From an uncultured Paraprevotella sp. (GTDB lineage Bacteria > Bacteroidota > Bacteroidia > Bacteroidales > Bacteroidaceae), in NCBI GenBank assembly GCA_910584955.1, contig CAJUDC010000001.1, positions 1 through 60,516 of the forward strand: a stretch of 60,516 bases of DNA, read 5' to 3'. Position 1 is the first letter of the stretch, and each line of letters starts with the position of its first letter. The notes under the pieces were generated by a model. It had not been told where the DNA came from, did no database searches, and saw only the letters and a list, made by a program, of their open reading frames with translations. Positions 12,612-20,607 of this stretch are shown here, piece after piece. The translations under genes and the position numbers were made by a program.

Positions 12612-14150
12612 TCAATCGATTACAGAAATTGGAACAATGAAACCTGTATTTCTGCCTGCTCCGGCCGAAACTATGCCTATTACCACCAATTTTCCGTCTG
12701 AGTCCGTATAAAATACGGGACCTCCCGAATTGCCTTGCTCGTAGTTGGTATCAGTAGTTAAGATAACTCCATTTTGCAGACCTGGGACTGAAACAATACC
12801 ACTGCCGTAAATTGGGTTAATGTCAGATGAAGAATTTGCACCTAACCCCAATGGGAATCCCAATACTGTTAGTTTTGTTCCTCTTTCAAGTTGGCGACTT
12901 TTGTTAGAATCGAAAGATAATCCAGAACCATTAACAGGCATATAAGCATAGTCTGTGTTATCCAATCTCGCTAAAGAAAAGGATTTACCATCATCGGTGT
13001 TACCTGTTTGGTCATGGGAACGGTCGATTCTAAATTGCTCGTTGGTAAATTCGAGAGTTCTTCCTGAGGAAGATACTGCAATAAAATGACATACAACTTT
13101 CCCTCCATTGTTGGCAATAAAATTAAGTTGAGCTAAATGTTCTTTTAACCCACTTCCATCCATCCAGAAGTACCAGCCTTCTGCAACGTGTCGGGCTGTA
13201 ACAAACATCCCATTATCAAGTAGGAAGCCCGTCCCGCACCATCCTAGAATTTCATCTTCTCTAGGACCACAATTTACCGTTCTTGAAGAACCATCTGGAA
13301 ATTGGATATCAAACTTCACGGCTTCTATATAGAATATATGACCCAAGCAAGCCTCAATCGCTGCATTATTGATATTGTCAACAACTACTGGAGTAGGAGG
13401 GGTTATAGGTCTTGGAGGATGGTTAATCCGTTCCTTCAGACGATTCATCTCCTGGTCTCTTCTTTCTGCATCTGCCATTAATCCGGCATTTTGCTCATTT
13501 AAATTGTTTATTACGGAATCTTGCGCTGCTATTTGCCTGTCGGTATTTGCCTTATATTCTGCTATGTACTTTTTTTGCTCCTGAATCTTCAAATGTTGAT
13601 CATATAGTCCGTATCCACCTCCTGCCAAAGCCAACAAAAATACACAAGCTAATGCTGTTATAGCCTGTTTATATGGTCTGAGAGCCTGTTGTCTGAACAG
13701 ACTCATACGTTGGGTCAAACCGATGCTCTTTACAAGTCCTTTTTCTCCTTCGGGAACAATAAATCCCATTTTGGGACCATTTGTTGAGAGTTGTATCTCA
13801 TCTCCGTTTTGAAGATACCATTCTTTGTCAACTTTATGACCATTGAGGTATGTCGAATTTGTCTTTGAGAGCTGTATCAATTTCCAATTGTCACCATCTT
13901 TTGCAATGGCAGCATGACGACGACTAACAGTGCCAAAACTTTCATCAAACCGTACTTGACACTTGGGATCGCGACCCAATTCAATTTGGTCAACTATGAT
14001 TTTTTGATTTTCTCCAGCCTTATGGTATTTAGAAGATACTTTATGTTCAAGGACATAATATTTACGTCCGCTACCACCCATAAGCGATTTCATCCCGGCT
14101 CCGATGGAGCCCGAAAGAGAGCGACTATATTTTTGCGTTGATTGAGCCAT
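12612..14150 (-). CDS. FHA - TM - coiled coil - trypsin-like serine protease
   Basis: FHA motifs LGR, VSRRHA, NSTYLNG, GDEI; TM AITALACVFLLALAGGGYGLY; coiled coil and Pro-rich linker; protease motifs GTGF, TARH, DYA, GNSGGP. Confidence 0.9.
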   Translation of the reverse strand: MAQSTQKYSRSLSGSIGAGMKSLMGGSGRKYYVLEHKVSSKYHKAGENQKIIVDQIELGRDPKCQVRFDESFGTVSRRHAAIAKDGDNWKLIQLSKTNSTYLNGHKVDKEWYLQNGDEIQLSTNGPKMGFIVPEGEKGLVKSIGLTQRMSLFRQQALRPYKQAITALACVFLLALAGGGYGLYDQHLKIQEQKKYIAEYKANTDRQIAAQDSVINNLNEQNAGLMADAERRDQEMNRLKERINHPPRPITPPTPVVVDNINNAAIEACLGHIFYIEAVKFDIQFPDGSSRTVNCGPREDEILGWCGTGFLLDNGMFVTARHVAEGWYFWMDGSGLKEHLAQLNFIANNGGKVVCHFIAVSSSGRTLEFTNEQFRIDRSHDQTGNTDDGKSFSLARLDNTDYAYMPVNGSGLSFDSNKSRQLERGTKLTVLGFPLGLGANSSSDINPIYGSGIVSVPGLQNGVILTTDTNYEQGNSGGPVFYTDSDGKLVVIGIVSAGAGRNTGFIVPISVID

Positions 14151-14155
14151 GAATA

Positions 14156-14896
14156 TTATTTGTAAAAACGGTTAATTAGATTCTCTATCATATATGCGTT
14201 CATTTTAGAAAACAGGCTGTCTTGCCGTTTTTGTACATAATGGATTCCAAACATTAGGAATATACTAAGGACAAGGGCAACCAATGTTGTGTCAAAAGCC
14301 ACAGCCAACATACTTGTAACTTTGTTTATACCCTCCGGGGTATTAGCTTCATTTGCATAGCCGAGAGAGGCCGCAATACCTAATACGGTGCCAATAAATC
14401 CTACGGATGGAATTGCCCACGCCGTATATCTTATGAATGATTGCTCACTTTCCATATCCGAATTATATATTTTAATTTGTGAATCAATCACTCCCAATAC
14501 CTCAGATGACGATTTGCTTAAACGGTATTTGGTACAAGCTTTCTTTATAAGATCTGTCAATAGAAATTTCTGACTCTTTTCCAATTGTTGCATATTAAGT
14601 TTCAACTGATTTACATCATCGGCGCTGAGAACCCAATTTTCCTGTTCCGGTAATAGGTGTGCAGAAAACGCATCTTCCTCATGCGTAAGCTCATTATTAG
14701 AAGCAAACAATTCCAACATACCAAAAATGAAAAGTAAATAAGTCACCCCTTGAATAATTCCTTCCGGCATAGTTCCTCCAAGCATCACAAGAATCCTATT
14801 TGGATTTTCAGATGATGTCGCAAAAACTAATATTACCATCAGAATGACAGTAAGGATCAGGCTTAATATTATTCGGTATATACGCTTTCCAATCAT
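14156..14896 (-). CDS. MotA/TolQ/ExbB proton-channel family protein
   Basis: IPSVGFIGTVLGI and VAFDTTLVAL signature helices; about 4 hydrophobic segments. Confidence 0.88.
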   Translation of the reverse strand: MIGKRIYRIILSLILTVILMVILVFATSSENPNRILVMLGGTMPEGIIQGVTYLLFIFGMLELFASNNELTHEEDAFSAHLLPEQENWVLSADDVNQLKLNMQQLEKSQKFLLTDLIKKACTKYRLSKSSSEVLGVIDSQIKIYNSDMESEQSFIRYTAWAIPSVGFIGTVLGIAASLGYANEANTPEGINKVTSMLAVAFDTTLVALVLSIFLMFGIHYVQKRQDSLFSKMNAYMIENLINRFYK

Positions 14897-15780
14897 TGTA
14901 GTGTGATATTATTATTGGTTACACAGAGTATTCCGACATTAACATTCTGTCCTTTTTGTGTTAGCGTTATCTGCCGGAAAGGAATTTTAACTTGGTTGGA
15001 TTTGCCGGGGAAGATTACGGCATATCCATCAACATGAGCCGGTTGTCCGTTCCATGTACTATCCCCATATATATTAACGTATATTTGATACTGACCGGGA
15101 ACGATTTGGGATTGGTAGAACAACTCGTACCTATCATCGTCACTGGAACTTCGAGATCTAATATCTTCGTTAAGATTACCGAAAGGAGTATTTTTATGGT
15201 TGAAATAGCAAACTTTTCCGGTTGACAGATTCTTAACATATAGATCGACATCTACATTCTCCGACCAAATACAAACAACGCCTAATTCTGCATTCATACC
15301 AAAGACTTTCCCGTCAGAAATACCTTGACCATTTTGAGCAGATTGTTGAATCTGCCTTTCAAGTTGTGCAATTCGTTGACGGAGTTGCTCGTTCTCCTGT
15401 TCAAGTTCTTGAGTACGTTGGCTATTTTCTTGCAATTCCTCAACTTCGGCCCTTAATCTTTCATTTTCTGACTGAGCTGCAGCCAATTGCCCCTGCAAGT
15501 TCTCTACTTGTTCTGACAAATGATCTATCGTCTCTTGTAATGCTTCAATCTGATGTTGTATTTGTTCATAAACTTCTTGCGAAACTGAATTTTGGATTTG
15601 CTCCATTATATTACTGAGTTCTTCAACCTGAACATTTAATTGTTCGATCTCTTCAAGGGCGTTTTGCTGTTCGGCTGTCATTTTAGGTACAATGATAAAC
15701 AAGATAATCACAGCAGCAAGCGCCCCCGATAATAAATCGAGGAACGACGTGCCAAATATGTTTATCTCCTTCCGTGTCAT
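14893..15780 (-). CDS. MotB/ExbD-like single-TM protein with long coiled coil and C-terminal YfaP/DUF2135-like domain
   Basis: N-terminal TM SFLDLLSGALAAVIILFII with the conserved-position Asp; Q/E-rich heptads over about residues 35-150; W...VDVDLYV...CYF...G.L..D...E......GQYQIYVN motif. Overlaps the MotA-like gene by 4 nt. Confidence 0.75.
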   Translation of the reverse strand: MTRKEINIFGTSFLDLLSGALAAVIILFIIVPKMTAEQQNALEEIEQLNVQVEELSNIMEQIQNSVSQEVYEQIQHQIEALQETIDHLSEQVENLQGQLAAAQSENERLRAEVEELQENSQRTQELEQENEQLRQRIAQLERQIQQSAQNGQGISDGKVFGMNAELGVVCIWSENVDVDLYVKNLSTGKVCYFNHKNTPFGNLNEDIRSRSSSDDDRYELFYQSQIVPGQYQIYVNIYGDSTWNGQPAHVDGYAVIFPGKSNQVKIPFRQITLTQKGQNVNVGILCVTNNNITLQ

Positions 15781-15783
15781 ATG

Positions 15784-17193
15784 TCAGATTCCTTCAACTC
15801 TCATTTTGACATCGCCAATGGAAATTATATCTCCGGGGACAATTGCAATACCTCCCGACGGAACTTCAATGGAATTGACATAGGTGCCATTAAGCGACTC
15901 TTTCCATTTCATCGGACTGTGACCGCCATTTTTACAACTGGCAGTGCATCTTTTACAAGGCAAGATATGAGCGGAATGCAATCCAATTTGACAGATAACA
16001 CGAAATTGTCCATCTCTTAATATCCAATTATTGGTCTTGGAATCTTTTTCAATAGTACAATGCTGCCGAGAGATATAACAACTCTCGTCCTCTTTGATTC
16101 CTATATGATTCCAGACATCATTACTGCCCCTGCCAATGTATACTAAAGAACTATCATCAGTGAATAAAGAATTTAATATATAAGTACGCCCCAGTTCTTC
16201 TCCTTGCATAACTCGCAAAAGTATTCCGTTTTTAGTATCTTTTTTGAATGGTGTAATATTGTGCTGTGCAATATCGGGCTTGATTCCATTACGTTGCGGT
16301 ACAAGTCTAATTACATCATCAATCGTTTGTAATCTTTGTTTAAAATCAGGGACTAAACACCCTTCTATCAAAGGAAGCCAATCATTTCCTCCTGACACAC
16401 TCTGAAGATAGGCGCGATCCCATACCCCATTTTTCCCGTTATAAACATATTTCGACACATCTGCTTCGACATTCAATTCACCAAAAGGCAAGCTACCAGT
16501 CAAAAGCTGATACATCATTACGCCAAAAGAGAATATATCTGTTGTTGGCAAGACCGTTGCATTTCCTCTCTTAGGATTCACCTGTTCGGGAGGCATATAT
16601 GCAATAGTTCCAAATCGCTGCTGAGGGACTCCCGACCATCCTCTTTGTGTTAAACGATTATTCTGGTCCCCTGATATTCCAAAATCGGTCAAAACCGCAT
16701 GATTATTGTTACGCAACAAAACGTTTTCAGGTTTTAAGTCGCGATGAACTTTCCCATTTAGATGAAGAGCTTTCAATCCCAACAGTATATGGCTTGCCAA
16801 TAATGCCAAATCCAAATGAGTTTTTTTAAGAGCACTATGTAAATCTCCGCCTTGACAATATTCCATTACAATATAGGCATTTCCTTTCACAATTCCCTTC
16901 TGTAATGAATGGACAAGATAATCGCTCTTAATTAGTCCTGTCTCATATTCCCTCTCAAATCTTTTCAAGAGATTTGGACGTTCTGACGCCATAATCTCCC
17001 ATAGCTTCAATAATTTAAGAGCATATACCTTTCCGTCCGAGTCTTTAACCCGGAATACCTGCCCAAATGTCCCTTCACCGAGAAAGGAATCTACTTTCCA
17101 TCGATCATCTATATAGTCACCCAGTGAAAATTGACATCTTTCAGCAATTCCAACTTGAGAGAAAGACATGGCTTTATCCTTTTTTGAACTCAA
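15784..17193 (-). CDS. Cytoplasmic Ser/Thr kinase with C-terminal FHA domain
   Basis: GEGTFGQV, ALK, HRDLKPEN, DFG, GTIAYMPPE, DIFSFG; FHA motifs IGR, ISRQH, SLNGTYVN, GDIISIG; no TM. Confidence 0.92.
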   Translation of the reverse strand: MSSKKDKAMSFSQVGIAERCQFSLGDYIDDRWKVDSFLGEGTFGQVFRVKDSDGKVYALKLLKLWEIMASERPNLLKRFEREYETGLIKSDYLVHSLQKGIVKGNAYIVMEYCQGGDLHSALKKTHLDLALLASHILLGLKALHLNGKVHRDLKPENVLLRNNNHAVLTDFGISGDQNNRLTQRGWSGVPQQRFGTIAYMPPEQVNPKRGNATVLPTTDIFSFGVMMYQLLTGSLPFGELNVEADVSKYVYNGKNGVWDRAYLQSVSGGNDWLPLIEGCLVPDFKQRLQTIDDVIRLVPQRNGIKPDIAQHNITPFKKDTKNGILLRVMQGEELGRTYILNSLFTDDSSLVYIGRGSNDVWNHIGIKEDESCYISRQHCTIEKDSKTNNWILRDGQFRVICQIGLHSAHILPCKRCTASCKNGGHSPMKWKESLNGTYVNSIEVPSGGIAIVPGDIISIGDVKMRVEGI

Positions 17194-17854
17194 ACATACG
17201 ATTTCCCAACACTATCACGTCACCGTCTTCAAGCTTAAGACGGCGATCCACCCTTATAAGAGTCGTTTGCAGATCACTCCTATTTTCAATAAACCATTCT
17301 CCGTTTTCGTGTGTCATCACAGCCTGCTCACGAGAAGTGATTGAATTATTGTTAGAATCCGTATTAGAACGATTAAGCATTATGGACTCTCCAGAATAGC
17401 TCACAGGTTCATATGCAACTTTTTCATTCTGCCATGGGATTATACGAAGAGTACAGAAAGATTCTCCAGAAGAAGGAGTAGCCCACGGATTTATTGTACC
17501 TCCTGCTGGACGTCCCATTCGATTTTGGCGACTCCTCCGATTATTATTGTCGTCCATTCTTGCCTGATTATTTCTACTCGCATTAAGTTGAGCGTGACAA
17601 ACAGGGCATTCCTCAGCGGAGGAACTTACAGGATAACCACATTGTGAACAGGCGTTTGAATTACTCTCAGGTAGATTTCCTCCAACAGATGATGGCTCAC
17701 GCAAAGTCGCATTGAGCGCCTCAACGCCATCAGAGGACGGTGGAGCAGACTGTTGGCACCCGGAGTCAATCATAGATCCTTGAAGTGGGGCATTACATTT
17801 GACACAACGAGTAACATTCGCCTCATTGGGCCAACCACAATTTTTGCATCTCAT
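17174..17854 (-). CDS. Double zinc-ribbon + FHA domain protein (first gene of the operon)
   Basis: CKNC...CVKC and CSQC...CPVC; C-terminal FHA-like domain (LNR, ITSREQA, DGDVIVLGNR). Confidence 0.82.
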   Translation of the reverse strand: MRCKNCGWPNEANVTRCVKCNAPLQGSMIDSGCQQSAPPSSDGVEALNATLREPSSVGGNLPESNSNACSQCGYPVSSSAEECPVCHAQLNASRNNQARMDDNNNRRSRQNRMGRPAGGTINPWATPSSGESFCTLRIIPWQNEKVAYEPVSYSGESIMLNRSNTDSNNNSITSREQAVMTHENGEWFIENRSDLQTTLIRVDRRLKLEDGDVIVLGNRMFEFKKG

Positions 17855-18119
17855 GGAATACTGTATTAGTTTGTTACGTCATCTTAATATAGTGTCTCTT
17901 ATTTAGAGATTTGGATGCCAGTTATCATGTTAATTTTATGTGAGTTCTCATACTTTGCAGATGTTCTTTGCTAAACAATGTAGCATACTAAAGACATTTC
18001 CAAATAATTTTGAAAATTTTTCTTGCTGAAAATAGTCTGTAATTCAAGAATTATTTATAGTTTTGCAATCAAATAAGTATCTCTAAATAAAAGATTTGGA
18101 CGATTACAAAACAAAAGAT

Positions 18120-18145
18120 GCCTCAGTTCCATTTGGTTCTGAGGC
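18120..18145 (-). terminator. Probable intrinsic terminator of the integrase gene
   Basis: GCCTCAG...CTGAGGC stem followed on the minus strand by ATCTTTTGTTTTG, 40 nt past the integrase stop. Confidence 0.5.
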
Positions 18146-18184
18146 GTTAATGTTTTCAGAGGTGGAATAGGAAAAGACAATAGA

Positions 18185-19381
18185 CTAATCAAGACTTTTG
18201 AGGATTATCGAATTAGCTTTGTCAACTACTGAGGTGTCGAGGCTGGCGAGATAGATTTGGGTTGTGGTCTCGGAGCTGTGTCCCATACCTTCGCTGATAA
18301 CGCTGAGGGGAATGCCTTTCGCTTTGGCCGCAGAAGCCCAGCTATGGCGCGCCACATAAAGGGTCAACGGGATTTGGACTCCGACCATTTGAGCTATCTT
18401 TTTTAGATTGTAATTGATGTTGTATCCTACGTTGCGATAGGTGTATCGCTCGTTTGTACCGGAATTTCTGATAATGGGCAAAAGATAGCCTGTTGATACT
18501 TCGGGGTATTTATCAAGAATCATCTGCATCTCCTGCGTCCAACCAATGATGAGCTGCTGCCCGGTTTTGCGACGACGATAAGTCACACTATCGTTACGGA
18601 GGTCTGACTTTTTAAGAAAAGCCATGTCAATAAAGCTCATGCCACGAAGATAGAAGCTCATCAAAAACATATCACGTGCATAATCCAATGCCGGAGTCAG
18701 CGACAAGTCAAGTGTCTTGATTTTTTTGATCATTGCCAGCGGCAACGCACGTTTCACAGTCTTTTCAACGCCGGTATAGACATGACGGAACGGATTGCGG
18801 TCCTCTATGATGTCATACTCAACCGCACGTTTATAGACAGCCCTAAGAATACGAGTATAGAAAGAGATAGTGTTGGGCGCAACACCTCGTTTCTGATGCC
18901 ATGCCTCGTATGCCTCCATAATTTCCGATGTAAGACAGTCAAGCATAATGTCTTCATTTTTGCTGAAACTGTTGAGGGTCGCGTAGTATGTCTCCGAGGT
19001 TCTTATTTTACCATTCTGTTTCAGTTTTATGATTACACTCTCCATGAAGTTGAACAGAGAATATTCGCGTGAATAACGATTAAACTCATCAATCACATCG
19101 TCAGCTGTGTATGACAGACCTTCCGCATCAAAATTGCGACCAATCTTTGTCAGGCGTTCCACATCCCAGCGGATACGTTCACGGATGGATAGAATAAACG
19201 ACTTGCGTTCGCTCTTTTGAGTCGTCGTAACCATTGAGCGATTCTCATCCCATTCATGCGGGAATACTTTATAGGCGGAGAGAAGCTGCCGCACCTTTCT
19301 CTCATGGATAAGCTGATAGTAGATTGTGCCCTCATTATCGGCAACAGTGGAAGGGCGGTATTTCACTTTTATCGAAACCAT
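18185..19381 (-). CDS. Tyrosine site-specific recombinase/integrase (Bacteroidetes type: arm-binding, SAM-like and catalytic domains)
   Basis: N-terminal IKVKYR...GTIYYQLIHERK; NTISFYTRILRAVY...NPF; FYLRGMSFIDM, RRKTG, YVARHSWAS, MGHSS, TQIYL. Confidence 0.92.
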   Translation of the reverse strand: MVSIKVKYRPSTVADNEGTIYYQLIHERKVRQLLSAYKVFPHEWDENRSMVTTTQKSERKSFILSIRERIRWDVERLTKIGRNFDAEGLSYTADDVIDEFNRYSREYSLFNFMESVIIKLKQNGKIRTSETYYATLNSFSKNEDIMLDCLTSEIMEAYEAWHQKRGVAPNTISFYTRILRAVYKRAVEYDIIEDRNPFRHVYTGVEKTVKRALPLAMIKKIKTLDLSLTPALDYARDMFLMSFYLRGMSFIDMAFLKKSDLRNDSVTYRRRKTGQQLIIGWTQEMQMILDKYPEVSTGYLLPIIRNSGTNERYTYRNVGYNINYNLKKIAQMVGVQIPLTLYVARHSWASAAKAKGIPLSVISEGMGHSSETTTQIYLASLDTSVVDKANSIILKSLD

Positions 19382-19411
19382 TAGATTTTGAATTTTTCCT
19401 ATAAGATACAG

Positions 19412-19672
19412 CTAGAAAACTTGCTTGATTTCATCAAATCTAAGAAACGGTTTCTTAATGGCATGAAAATCCTTGTGCGTCGCTATTTCTTTACACAGAT
19501 TCTTTTTCATCAGTTGTTCTTCCTCCATAGCCGTGAGTATGACTTTTTGAACAGCCTGTAACAACGTACGCCGCCTTTTCCTACCGACACCTTTCTCAGA
19601 TAGTCCACATTCCTGTTGACCTTCTCCAATGTCAGCAAATCCACATGGAGAAAATCAAAATACCTCTTAACA
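19412..19672 (-). pseudogene. Degenerate fragment of a second tyrosine integrase (core-binding region)
   Basis: Two frames joined at an A-run read LTLEKVNRNVDYLRKVSVGKGGVRCYRLFK / KVILTAMEEEQLMKKNLCKEI...KKPFLRFDEIKQVF*, resembling the FKKVI..A.E......NPC.....K..L..EEI segment of Bacteroidetes integrases. Confidence 0.5.
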
Positions 19673-20181
19673 TTTAGGTGCTCTCATGAGAAATATGATA
19701 ATGCGTCGGTTAGCCGTACCGAAACCGACACGGATAGAACGTAAACCAATCTAACCGACAAGACAACTCCCCTCTTCTCATCCCAAAAGAGGAGAGAACC
19801 GGCAAAAAAGGGTGCGCATGACGTTCCGATGTGGTCTAGGGAACGAAACAACGGGGTGTACATCCCGTTGCTATCCGATGCGCACGCCGTTGCAATGCCT
19901 GTCCGTTCGGCTTCACCGGTTTCCTTTTCCCCGTCCAAACCCTCCGTCGGACCGCTCCGGCCTCTCCCTCCCGGAGTTTGCAAGAAACATCCTTCACGCC
20001 TTCACCGAACACTCAATATATTATATTTCAACCGGATACGTGTGAGTTCCTCTTCCACACCCTTTCACAACTCTTTCACCTCCCTTTCACACACTCTCAC
20101 CCGAAACAAACGGTACAACGGATAGATTTGCATTCGAAATGCGGTAGGACAAACAGGTAGTTTCCAAGCCTTGCAACTAAA

Positions 20182-20223
20182 CATTCGGTCCGTACTTCCT
20201 TTTTCGGAAGTACGGACCGAATG
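20182..20223 (-). terminator. 18-bp perfect hairpin downstream of the first RND operon
   Basis: CATTCGGTCCGTACTTCC - 6 nt - GGAAGTACGGACCGAATG. Confidence 0.65.
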
Positions 20224-20278
20224 CACAAATTCCTCCCCGCTTTCTGTCCGTACAAGCCGGGAGCGTCCGCCGATCGGG

Positions 20279-20572
20279 CTAAATCGTCTTTTCGATATTC
20301 CAGACAAAAGCCCGCAAACCGAGCATCTCGGTTTCTTTATCCATCATGTGAAGCGTTTCCAGCAACGGATCCACCTTGGCGTCATCCACCACCGTGATGA
20401 CGGCAGAGCACATGGAAGGCCAGGCGTGGGAACCGTAATGAGGTTCGCCGGTACGGGAACCGCGCCCCTGTACTTGCTCCAGATAACTGAATCCCCGGCA
20501 ATTGTGCCGGTCGAGCGTTTCGATGATACGTTCGTAGAAAGCCTGATCAAAAGTGATTAATATAGACTTCAT
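20279..20572 (-). CDS. PG0541-family, P-II-like transporter-associated protein
   Basis: 97 aa with RGFS...VQGRGSRTGEPHYGSHAWP and GLRAFVW; last gene of an RND operon, the usual context for this family. Confidence 0.8.
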   Translation of the reverse strand: MKSILITFDQAFYERIIETLDRHNCRGFSYLEQVQGRGSRTGEPHYGSHAWPSMCSAVITVVDDAKVDPLLETLHMMDKETEMLGLRAFVWNIEKTI

Positions 20573-20607
20573 TCTTTTTTACTATTACATTCCTAATTCA
20601 ACATACA

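Larger units (their letters stand above)
4411..19672. mobile_element. Putative integrative genomic island (boundaries approximate) carrying the kinase/PP2C/FHA/MotAB-like operon and a tyrosine integrase
   Basis: Visibly AT-richer than both flanks; intact integrase and an integrase remnant at the right end; pseudogenes at the left end. No att direct repeat found. Confidence 0.6.

Noticed and set aside
14156..15780. Zorya (ZorAB) or ExbBD-TonB assignment
   Set aside because: No long ZorA tail, no OmpA-like domain on the B subunit, no ZorC/D/E, and no TonB or TonB-dependent receptor nearby.
10104..17854. TerY-P triad or T6SS PpkA/PppA/Fha module
   Set aside because: No vWA (DxSxS) protein and no T6SS structural genes are recognisable in the window.
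17950..18065. Promoter of the kinase operon
   Set aside because: The only clear TAnnTTTG match (18058..18065) is on the plus strand, the wrong orientation; no minus-strand consensus was found.
4340..19710. att direct repeats at the island ends (shared TACCTC and ATGATAA words)
   Set aside because: Matches are only 6-7 bp in AT-rich DNA and are expected by chance.
19684..20270. Short ORFs and TTTCAC-like low-complexity repeats right of the island
   Set aside because: No protein motifs or consistent repeat unit; treated as intergenic.
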